Shown: positions 51,453 through 64,000 of the stretch, in pieces
Layout of the letters: every line of letters starts with the position of its first letter
Position numbering within the stretch: the stretch's first letter is position 1
From: Neophaeotheca triangularis
Lineage: Eukaryota
Direction: 5' to 3'
Assembly: GCA_054600435.1 (NCBI GenBank)
Contig: BAAIJX010000029.1
Coordinates: 62,001 to 126,000 of the forward strand
Length of the DNA stretch: 64,000 nucleotides
Made by a program: the position numbers and the translations under genes
The notes under the pieces: model-generated
Database searches by the model: none
What the model saw: the letters and a program-made list of their open reading frames with translations, nothing else
Told to the model about the DNA's origin: nothing

Positions 51453-53645
51453 ATGCCGTCCGCAGTAGCCAACGGCGACAAAACAGCCTACGGCCATGTC
51501 GCTGCCGAAAAGGTCCTCGAGGCCACCAACAAAGCCCCGGAGAGCTCTTTCGATCACTCTCTCGTCTTGCAAACCTTCCGCCTCCTAATCGCAGACCTGT
51601 GCCAGCAATTCAACGGCGGACACCCGGGCGGCGCTATTGGCATGGCAGCCATCGGAACCGCGCTCTGGGGGCATGTCATGAACTACGCGCCACACTCGCC
51701 TGCCTTTGCGAACCGCGACCGCTTCGTGCTCTCCAACGGCCACACCTGTCTCTTCCAATATGCTTTCCTGCACCTGACGGGCTATAAGAGCATGACGTTT
51801 GACCAGCTGAAATCTTACCACTCCAAGCGCTGGGACGCTTTATGTCCTGGCCACCCGGAAATCGAGCACGAGGGCATCGAAGTCACTACCGGTCCTCTAG
51901 GACAAGGTGTCTCGAACGCAGTAGGCCTGGCCGTGGCATCAAGGCATCTAGGAGCTCGGTTCAACCGCCCGGATTTTCCGGTCGTGTCGAATCATATCTG
52001 GTGCATGGTCGGAGATGCGTGTTTGCAAGAAGGCGTCGCGCTGGAAGCGATCAGTCTGGCTGGCCACTGGGAATTGGGGAATCTGACAGTCATCTATGAT
52101 AACAACCAGATCAGTTGTGACGGGGACATTGCGATTACGAATTCTGAAGATGTCAACAAGAAAATGGAGGCTTGTGGCTGGGAGGTTGTGGATGTGTGGG
52201 ATGGGTGTTATGATGTTGCTACTTTGGTCAAGGAGCTTGAGGCCTCGAAGAAGACGCAAAAGCCGACTTTTATTAATGTGAGGACGATTATTGGCTTGGG
52301 CAGTGCCGTCGCTGGGAAGGCGGTTGCTCATGGTGCTGCTTTCGGTGTGGCGGATGTGGCGAAGATGAAGGAGGCGTATGGGTTCGATCCGGAACAGCAA
52401 TTCGTGATCTCAGACGAAGTCAGGGAATTCTTCGCCGGCCTGCCTGCTAAGGGAGAGAAACAAGTTCAGGAATGGGAAAGCCTCGTTGATCGCTACGCCG
52501 CGCAACACCCAGAACTCGCCAAAGAATTCAGGGCCCAGCTAGCTGGCGACATCACCACAGATTGGCAATCTCTTATCCCGACCGAGTTCCCCAGCAAACC
52601 AACCGCAACCCGCGCCTCCTCTGGCCTCGTCTTCAACCCGATCGCAGCTGCGTGCCCCAACTTCCTCGTCGGAACCGCCGACCTCACTCCCTCCGTCCAC
52701 ATGTCCTGGAAAGACATGCAACCCTTCCAAGCCCCGAACAAGCCTACCGCCCCGGGCGACCCTACCGGCCGCTACCTTCACTACGGCATCCGCGAACACG
52801 CCATGTGCGCCATCGCCAACGGCCTCGCCGCCTACCAACCCAATGCCCTCATCCCCGTAACCTCCAGCTTCTTCATGTTCTACCTATACGCGGCACCCGC
52901 GGTCCGCATGGGCGCCCTCCAGCACTTACAAGTCATCCACGCCGCCACCCACGACACCATTGGTATGGGCGAGGACGGCCCCACCCACCAACCCATCGAG
53001 CTCGCACCCCTCTACCGCGCCATGCCAAATCTCCTCCTCATTCGGCCCGGCGATAGCGAAGAAACCGCCGGCGCCTGGATCACTGCCATCAACGCCAAGT
53101 CAACTCCCTCAATAATCTCCACTTCGCGGCAAGCGCTGCCTCAACTCACACCCATGACCAACCGCCACAGCGTCGCCTCAGGCGGTTACGTCCTCCGCGA
53201 AAACCCCTCGGCGGAAATAACCCTCATCGGCGTCGGCGCGGAACTAAACCTCGTCGTCGCCATCGCCGACGCCCTCGAAAGCTCCGGCATGGCGACAACC
53301 CGCATCCTCTCCTTCCCCTGCCAGCGCCTCTTCGACCGCCAATCGCTGGAATACCGGCGCTCAGTGCTAGCGCGAAAATCCGGCCGGCCCATCGTTGTTG
53401 TCGAGCCTTATGCGGCGAATGGCTGGGAGCGGTACGCGAATGCTGGGTTTTTCATGGGTATTGATAGGTTTGGGCAGAGTTTACCCGGCCAGGAGGCTTA
53501 TAAGTATTTTGGTTTTACCGTGGAGAAGATTGTTGGGAAATTGGGGGGATATCTTGGGGAAACTAGACGGGGGGCTGAGGAGGCACTGGGTGAGTTTTGG
53601 GAGTTTACTGAGGCTGGGGGGAAGGAGAGGGTTGTGAGGCATTAA
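51453..53645 (+). CDS. Transketolase family, dihydroxyacetone synthase (formaldehyde transketolase)-like
   Basis: GGHPG, RDRFVLSNGHTCLFQY, TPP motif GDACLQEG...DNN, YGIREHAM and SFFMFYLYAAPAVRM. The HTCLFQY and FFMFYLY variants resemble the DHAS branch more than canonical Tkl1. Intronless. Confidence 0.85.
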   Translation: MPSAVANGDKTAYGHVAAEKVLEATNKAPESSFDHSLVLQTFRLLIADLCQQFNGGHPGGAIGMAAIGTALWGHVMNYAPHSPAFANRDRFVLSNGHTCLFQYAFLHLTGYKSMTFDQLKSYHSKRWDALCPGHPEIEHEGIEVTTGPLGQGVSNAVGLAVASRHLGARFNRPDFPVVSNHIWCMVGDACLQEGVALEAISLAGHWELGNLTVIYDNNQISCDGDIAITNSEDVNKKMEACGWEVVDVWDGCYDVATLVKELEASKKTQKPTFINVRTIIGLGSAVAGKAVAHGAAFGVADVAKMKEAYGFDPEQQFVISDEVREFFAGLPAKGEKQVQEWESLVDRYAAQHPELAKEFRAQLAGDITTDWQSLIPTEFPSKPTATRASSGLVFNPIAAACPNFLVGTADLTPSVHMSWKDMQPFQAPNKPTAPGDPTGRYLHYGIREHAMCAIANGLAAYQPNALIPVTSSFFMFYLYAAPAVRMGALQHLQVIHAATHDTIGMGEDGPTHQPIELAPLYRAMPNLLLIRPGDSEETAGAWITAINAKSTPSIISTSRQALPQLTPMTNRHSVASGGYVLRENPSAEITLIGVGAELNLVVAIADALESSGMATTRILSFPCQRLFDRQSLEYRRSVLARKSGRPIVVVEPYAANGWERYANAGFFMGIDRFGQSLPGQEAYKYFGFTVEKIVGKLGGYLGETRRGAEEALGEFWEFTEAGGKERVVRH

Positions 53646-54477
53646 GGGTTGTTAGGTGGGCCAGGCGTTATGAGGTTCCAGGGCTTGTTTGATGAGACGA
53701 GACGGGTTGAATTCGAGTGATTGTTCGTAACGTACCACTACCACAACACAAAACGAGCCAGCTTCTCCGCCGTCTCCCACACCGAGAGTATGTGCCATTC
53801 TATGGAGCCGGGGAAGCCTCCTGTGCACGCCATGTCTGCCAGGAACAACAGGATGGAACCCATTTCCAAGAGCGAGACGCCTGTGGCCTTGGAAGTAATA
53901 ATCCGAGCGAGCAGGCTGTTATAGCGTCTTGTCAGCATCAATTGACTGCGTACCTACAGCTTGGGCCATGATACTTTTAGATGTGTCGTGGGATATATAA
54001 GCATCTGCTTACCCATGGAGATGTCTAGGAAGTCACCGTTTCCGTCATCACTCACGATTATTCAAAGACCTTTATGATTCAAGTATTGGCTACCACTGTA
54101 ACGGGGACGAAGACGAAAAGAAGAGATGTCGTTGGTGATATCTAAATACGGTCTATACATATTAACCCGAATCGATCTTTAGTCAGCCAAAATAACCCCT
54201 CCTGCACGGCATCTTCGACGCGACGTCGCCTCCTTCACAATCGCCTCTACTACTCGATCCAATGGCAGCGAACGTCTACACCGCCCTCGAGAGATGATAA
54301 CAATGATGAACACACCACCACTCTCATATTGCCAATCTATCCCCGACGCTCACCGACCTCCCCTGGCCGTGTCCACTGTACAGGTATTTTGACCCCGGCT
54401 AAATATGTACATAGTAAAAAGCCCTGGCGTCGGCGACCTTGGTAGATAACTGTCCCACCGCACTGTCTCCTAAGACG

Positions 54478-54513
54478 CACCTCTGGCACCTCTGGTACCT
54501 CTGGCACCTCTGG
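54478..54513. repeat. 4 x 9-bp tandem repeat (YACCTCTGG) upstream of the amidase
   Basis: cacctctgg cacctctgg tacctctgg cacctctgg. Confidence 0.9.
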
Positions 54514-54823
54514 CCTTGGACACGTCGACCAAGTAATCGCCGTAGATCAATCACGCCCCCGATAACAGACAAGCACAGCAGTGTACACGCAACATGATTC
54601 CAGCTACTGGCTCAAAGCTGTGGAAGCTTTTCATTGTCGGGCCCAATGTCCGCGATAGTGTACCGAGGATGGCCAGCCAGCGCAATTTTCCTTGAACCTT
54701 GACCGCCTTGTCGAGCTATATTTCCCTGCTATGCTTGCTTTTTCCTGTAGGTGAAGTTCCCAGTCCATCTTGCACTTTTCAATCTGCGGCTTTTTGTCTA
54801 TTTCTTCTCAAATCTCGATCCAA

Positions 54824-56817
54824 ATGATCTCCGCATCGCCGGAAAGCTGGCAAGACATTGCAAAGACTCGCCGCATCGAGATCGCCAACAAAATCCCTGA
54901 AGAATGGACGCTGCCTGCCCATTTTCTCTCGGCGCCGAACCCGATGCTCGTCCCGAGAAAATGCGGCTTGCTTACGGACCCGGAGCTCCGTATAACCGAG
55001 AGTCGAGCTGTCGATATCTTGGAAGCTCTCCGAAGCCGACATGTGACAGCGGTTGAAGTTACCACAGCCTTTTGCAAGAGAGCGGCGATTGCACATCAAC
55101 TTGTAAGTAGTACGTCTTGGATAATTGCACGTTGTCTCGGGACTTTCAAAGCAGGATAATGTGTGTGGTGGCTCGATCCCGAGATTTGTGAGGACCCTGC
55201 TTTGCTTAGATTGATGCTCGAAACATGCCAAAGATGGCTCGTCAAGAAGTTCTAGAACTGAACAGCAGACTCGGATGTAAATGTTGGCCACTTCTAGAGG
55301 CACGCAAATCATACAAGCATCTAGGCTGACTTTCTCTAGACCAACTGTCTCGCAGATTTCTTGCTCGAGAGTGCCCTTCAGCAGGCTGAAGAGCTGGACG
55401 AGTACATGCGACAACATGATCGACCCAAAGGCCCACTGCACGGCCTACCGATCTCAGTCAAGGAACATCTTTTCCTCAAAGGCACCAAAACCACCTCCGG
55501 CTTAATGGCGTGGGCAGACCAAGAGAGTCCGGATGACGCCCTCATCGTTCGGACTTTCCGAGAACAAGGTGCCGTCTTCCATGTCAAGACAACCAATCCC
55601 CAAACTCTCATGGCCCTGGAGACTGTTTCAAATCTCTTTGGACGGACAGTCAATCCTCACAATACCAACTTGACCCCCGGCGGCAGTTCAGGGGGCGAAT
55701 CCGCATTGCTTGCCATGAGAGGGAGCCCTTTAGGAATAGGTACTGACATTGGAGGGTCGATACGTGTTCCCAGCGCCTTTTGCGGTATTTATGGACTCAA
55801 GCCCAGCGTGTCTCGTACGCCTCATAGCGGTATGAGTGGCATGCATAGCGGCATGCACAATGTAGGTGCCCACTCCTCATGCTGCTGGGGGAAGGCATCA
55901 CGTTGACGAATCTGTCTCAGATCATCGGAGTAGTAGGTCCAATGGCCCATTGCGTCGAAGACATGGAACTCTTCATGTCAGCCGCCCTGCGAAACTCCCC
56001 TTGGAAACGCGAACCCGCCATAATACCCATACCATGGACGCCCAAGCAATCCGAGCCCCGCCGCTTGAAAATCGGCATCATGTGGGACGACGGCATCGTG
56101 CACCCGCACCCACCTGTAGCACGAGCAATGCATGACGCAGCCACAGCCCTGAAAGCAGCCGGTCACACCCTCATCGACTGGCAACCTCTCCGGCACAAAG
56201 AACTCTTCGCTCTCACCAACCAAGCCTACTTCCTCGACGCCGGCGACGAATACCACACGACAATTCAGCAAGGCGACGAGCCCGCGGTAAAAGTCATCGC
56301 CGACCTCCTGTCCACCTACAGCAAGCACCGACACTCGCTCGAAGAAACCTGGCAGCTCAACAACTCCCTCGACCGTCTGCGAACCCTCTACGCCGCAACC
56401 TGGAATGCCGCGGAAATCGACTGCCTGCTCTGCCCCATCGCCCCCTCCGTAGCTTCCGTCCACGACGAGTCCAAATACTGGGGCTACAGCTGCGTCTTCA
56501 ACGCTCTCGACTACCCAGCCACCGTGCTTCCCTCAGATTTCGTACAGTCCACAGACACTTGGCAGAATTTCCCCCGCAAGAGACCCTGTGCCGGCGATCT
56601 GGATCAATGGTACGAAGGCCTGTACACCGCTGCTGGGCCGGAGCGGTACGCCAACGCTCCTGTGGCGCTGCAGCTCGTGGGGAACAGACTTGAAGAGGAG
56701 GAGTTGCTAAGTATGACGAGAGTAGTGGATGCGGCGCTGAGACCGGGTTTGGAAGCGCCGGTGAAGAACCCTTGGCCCCCAGCGAAGTCATCGGAATTGG
56801 GGTCTAATTCTTTGTAA
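54824..56817 (+). CDS. Amidase-signature enzyme (acetamidase AmdS-like), 3 exons
   Basis: GPLHGLPISVKE, GGSSGGE and GIGTDIGGSIRVPS (Lys-Ser-Ser triad); introns 55103-55339 and 55862-55920. Confidence 0.92.
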
Positions 56818-57645
56818 AAGCGGCCAGCTCGAGCAAGTGCCGTAAAAATTTGTTGCCGCGGAGGTCAAAGTTTCACATGGCTCTACGGTCGGTTGGGAAG
56901 GTCTGGTTGCGTTTGAGGGAAGCGTTTTCCACCCGATCAGGCCCGGGCTTGCCTCCATTTTCCTCTCTATAAATTACCATAAACGACTCTTGCTCAATTC
57001 CTTCCCCGCTGTCATGGTAGTGGTCTCACTCCCCTCGAAAAGTCGAATCGACTCTCCAAACCTCAGCGCAACGAGAAAGCCTCCTCTCCATCCCACCAAC
57101 CCGCGCCAACAAGCCATCCCAGCTTCTCAGCTACAACAATGCCTCCCAACCTCTTCACGCCCATCCCACGCAACCCGAGGAGTTAAAAAGAAAAAACCCC
57201 TCCCCCCCCCCCTCCACGGCTATAGTCAGTTCTCAAACAGAGAGGAAGTGAAATCTGCCCGGAACGCTTGTAGTCATCTTAATCTAAACCCCAACACTTC
57301 AACCCCCCGGCGGTAGCTACTAGATTCTGGTTCAACACTCTAGCTACATATCCAGGGCAAAGATATAGTAGAGGGATTCATCACGCTAAAGCGACAAAAA
57401 GTGATAAAAGGTTGGGAGAGAGGGAAGCGATGCAAGAGCAAGAATACATCTGTATGGGTCATGACATTTTCATTCTCGTAGCAAAATTTACTAGACACAC
57501 AGACAGACAGACGCTAATAAATCTAAGAGTAGCAGCAAGTAGCAGAGCCAGCAGCATTCAACAGCAAGCAAAGCATTTCCAAACTCATGTACCCCGACTT
57601 TTCATCCTCGCAATTTCACTCATTCTCAAAAAGCGCTGTTGCTGT

Positions 57646-60240
<2,595 letters not shown>

Positions 60241-60517
60241 TTATCATCATTATTATTGTACTTTGCCTAGGTACTACGTACTACTCTGTAGGTAAGGAAC
60301 GTCGATTCTTCCTCCCATCCATCCATGCCAACTCCCAAGTTTACTAGTACCTTCTTCTCGCTACTGTCGCCTCACCTCACACATTAACGCCTTATCATTT
60401 CTTAAAGCAAGGCAATAAATAACTAAATAAAATTACTTGTATTCCGCACTCTCGGGCCGGATCGGATCACGCCACCCACGTCGCTGTCGTCGTCCAGTCC
60501 TACCAGTCTTACCAGCC

Positions 60518-62712
60518 ATGCCTGAACAAAGAAGCAACGGTAACGGTGGGATAGCAAAGCAGAAAAGGACTCGATCTGGGTGTACGAGCTGCCGGGCCAA
60601 ACGCAAGAAGTGTCTGTAATACAACAATTGCCATGCCTTTTTCTTGCCCCAAGATCTTTCGGCTGAGATATCAGAGGTAGGTGACGAGACCAGACCGACA
60701 TGTCAAAGGTGTGCTTCGAGCAACGACAGGTGCGACTACGCCTCCGCTGTCAGGTTCCGCCCGGTAAGTCTGGATGGAGTGCGAACATCAGTTGGCAGTA
60801 CGTCCCTGGCGGAGGCCGCTTCTCAAGAGCCCCCAAGTTGGCATGGCACAGCAGCAGAGCCGGCCCCTCAGGCATCGCGACAAAATGAAGCCTCGGCTTT
60901 GTCTGAGAGAGAGCTGGCCGAGGACAATACCGAGCCCTCTCATCAGGAACGTTTCTCCAACAACCAGGACGACACGGATCCTGAGGGACTGCCCCCCAGC
61001 GACAACCCACTGGGAGACTCTAGCTTTGCTGTCAATCCGGATCCATATATGCACAATGCCCAAGATTCTTTGGATGCTACAGTCCCCGATATTACAGCCA
61101 CCGATCCGATGGCGCCCATGACGGTTTCCTCCGGACAAGCAGTCGATGGCCGTGCCTACGGGCTTCCCACCTTCGGCACCTCCCCAGAAGATGGCATATT
61201 CGAGCCTGGTTCTACTTATTCTACCCTGTATCGAACTTTACGGCGCAAAGTGTTCCATGCGGCCGCCAGAGCAGAAGAAACTCCACACGAGCCCGCTCCC
61301 AGCGAACCCACGAGTCGCCCTAGCAAATCGCCCGATTCGAGGAGACATCATGAGCGGCAACACAACTTGGAATCAGACCTTGACTGTGAACTCGATACCA
61401 GACAGGAATACGTCTTGTGGAAGATTTGGACTGAAGAGGTTGCCTCTTGGGTAAGTAACCATCACCATTTGTGATTATACTTTATGGGATGTTGACGAGT
61501 GACCACAGCTTGATAAAGTAGACCGGTTCCAGCATTTTCGTTATGCTCTGCCCATTCTGGCCAAGGATAAACCGCATCTCAAATTTTCAATGTTGTCGCT
61601 CAGCGCTAGGTATCTTGAAACTATAGGCGAGGAGCTACCCACAGGTCTTAGCCTTGCGCTCTACCAACACGCCATTCAGTTGCTTGTACCACAGCTCTAT
61701 GCGCCGGACACAGCCGTCGTAGCCTCGTGTGTGGTCCTTTGTGTCGTCGAGATGTACAGCTGTGAGTGTTCCGATACACTTGTGATTAGATCAAACCCCT
61801 GACGAGACATCACAGGCGCACCCCAAGCGTGGAAGCGACACTTAGACGGCTGCGCAAGTCTCATCCAAGCAATGAATATTTACGGCGATAGCGGTGGTCT
61901 CGAAGAAGCCCTCTTCTGGTGCTTCGCAAGAATGGGTACGGGCCCCGCCTACCAGCCACCTCCACCCAACACACACACTAACAAGCCCAACCCACCCAGA
62001 CCTCTGCGGCGGTCTGATCTCCTTTGAACGCACCCTGATCCCCATCTCGAAATGGACTTCAATCCCCCTCAACCCCTCCAACTTCACCCACTACCTCACC
62101 TCAGGCTACTTCGAAGACTACGCCAAACTCGCCTTCACGCTCGCCGCCCGCGCCATTGACCTCTTCGCCACCTTCCGCGCCAGCGAAGGCGCCTTCGGCA
62201 GCGCCTCCACCGACACAACCGCCTACGCCCAAGCTTGGCAATCCCTCTTCACAACGCTCGAAACCTGGTTCCTCCAACGACCACCCGACATGCAACCCCT
62301 CACCACCGCCCCAGCAACCTCAACCTCCCCCTTCCCAACCGTCCTATATACTTCCCCCTCCGGCTTCAGCGGCAACCAATTCGCCCACACCACCGCAATC
62401 CTAATGCTACAACGCAAACCCCATCGCCACCTCGCCAAACCCAACACCAACAACAACACCATCGGCAGCGGCAGCGGCAAATCCATCCTCTGGCACGCTC
62501 GTCAAATCTGCGGAATTGCGCTTAGTAACGACCATCACGGCGGGTGGATGAATAGTATCCAGCCGATTTGGATTGCCGGGAAGCTCATGAGTCATCCGAG
62601 CGAGCATCGGGTGCTGCTTGCTTGGTTGGAGAGGGTGGAAGGGGAGACGGGGTGGGCGACGCGGTGGCGGAGGGAGGATTTGAGGGAGTGGTGGGGTGTG
62701 GGGGAAGATTGA
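60518..62712 (+). CDS. Zn(II)2Cys6 transcription factor with fungal-specific C-terminal domain, about 5 exons
   Basis: CTSCRAKRKK|CDETRPTCQRCASSNDRC across intron 60612-60680 (donor GTCTGT); later WKRHLDGC, ALFWCFARM and ETGWATRWR. Confidence 0.9.
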
Positions 62713-63099
62713 GAGGGCGGGGGCGACTTGGGTTGACTGGGTTGTCACTGGGCTTTTGGAATCCGGGGTGATTGCTCTTGGATTTCGGTGAAAGAGAGTA
62801 ACACGATGGAAAGAGCGGAGGAGAGAGAGAGAGAGAGATGATGATGGAACGAGACAGAACAAGCGGCGATTGCCAGAGAGGCTGCAACAGTATGCCTGGC
62901 CTCCGCTTTACAGATGAGGACTTGTCCTCTCGCAATGTATGTATATCTTACACCAACGCATCCTCCGCGCTAACAAGCGCCCAGCGGCGTGCGCAAACTT
63001 TTTGCTTGACCCCTTGCTTGGACGTCGTAGTGTACGTGTAAAGACTCCCGGATCACGACGTCCGGACACGGCACTCGCCCCCTCCCCCTATCAATTCAC

Positions 63100-64000
63100 T
63101 CAAGCCCAAGCGATCGTCGGAACCAACTCTTCATCACTGATCCGCTGAGCAACACCCTGATACCGCCAAGCTTCAAAATAAGCCTCACCACCACCGGGAC
63201 ACCTGGTCTCACCCGCATCTCCGGCACCGTTGCAAGTGGCATAAAACCCCAACAACGTGCCCAAAAACTGTCCAACCCGGTCGGAGACGGAGGTGACGGT
63301 GACGGGGACGTAGCCGAGCAATTGTCGCGCGTTGGCGTTGCCGGAAGGCCAGGCGGAGAAGGCGTAGTGGGTTTCATTGGCGCTGTAGAGTTCGAGGGTT
63401 ATGGGCTGATCGGTTTGCGCCCAATTTTGGGGCATAGGGATGCGGGTCGTGGTGTCGCTGGTGGGGATGCGGGAGCGGGCGAGGCGAGTCGGGTCGCTGC
63501 CGTCGTAGCTGCTTTCGGCCAGGGAGGTTTGGCGGAGGAGGAAGTCGTAGTGGGCCTGCTCGTGCGTGGTGCTGTTGGAGAGGACGATGCCTAGATCAGT
63601 GTGTTGGTGTTGGGTGAGGAAGGCGGTGATTCCCGCTTCTTGGCAGGGCTGGGTGGGACGGAAGGCTAAGTCGACGCGCAAGTTGAAGTATGTGTGCGAC
63701 TGTCGGCGGCCGACGAACGGGAGACCCGCGCGCCGGTGACGCTGGCGTCATCGGTGTTGACGACACCTGTTAAGTTGACGCGCGCGGGACGGATGCGCAG
63801 GCTTTCGGGGTGTTCTTCGGGGGCCACGGTGAAGGTGCCTTCTTCGGGGTACCTGAAATGCACGAGCTGGGGAGGCAGCTGGCTTCCGGGTAGGAAGTCA
63901 ATGACGTCCCCGTCGCCCGCGAATGGCCCTTCGCCGGCAATGTCGCGGTTGGAAGGCGGGAGTGGCCAACCTTGCATGATACCCTTGATGGGATCGAAAC
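63100..64000 (-). CDS. GH43 beta-xylosidase/arabinofuranosidase, C-terminal ConA-like domain; runs off the window and has a frameshift near 63725
   Basis: LVHFRYP...LRIRPARVNLTG in one frame, and FVGRRQSHTYF...EAGITAFLTQHQH...GQFLGTLLGFYATCNG in the next frame. Confidence 0.8.

Noticed and set aside
54478..54513. Short direct repeats as a possible CRISPR array
   Set aside because: No spacers, a 9-bp unit and a eukaryotic context.

Overview
Gene-dense eukaryotic DNA from a filamentous ascomycete. Short GT-AG introns with CTRAC branch points, a Zn2Cys6 regulator and a fungal KatG point to Pezizomycotina; Dothideomycetes is my guess. About 24 protein-coding loci. The left and central part (about 4.9-48.6 kb) is mostly housekeeping: SAS4, an RCR-like membrane protein, GPALPP1/DUF3752, VPS8, Hsp70 SSB, CPT/EPT, TOP1, ATP3, TAF2, eIF4A, an F-box/JmjC protein and SNX4, plus an SDR, a GH3 beta-glucosidase and a FAH-family hydrolase. 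The right end (49.2-64 kb) is an uninterrupted accessory block: P450, dihydroxyacetone-synthase-type transketolase, amidase, catalase-peroxidase with a PTS1, a divergently transcribed Zn2Cys6 factor and a GH43. This block is the best candidate for an undescribed C1/formaldehyde-handling catabolic cluster. Also seen: a RIP-like pseudogene (about 2.9-4.6 kb), a frameshift in the GH43, structured long introns in TOP1 and the amidase, a candidate non-coding transcript at 20-21 kb, and repeated sharp C/A-rich to G/T-rich skew switches across the window. No CRISPR array, rRNA, tRNA or intact transposon was recognised. Exon boundaries were read by eye and family calls come from motif recognition, not database searches.
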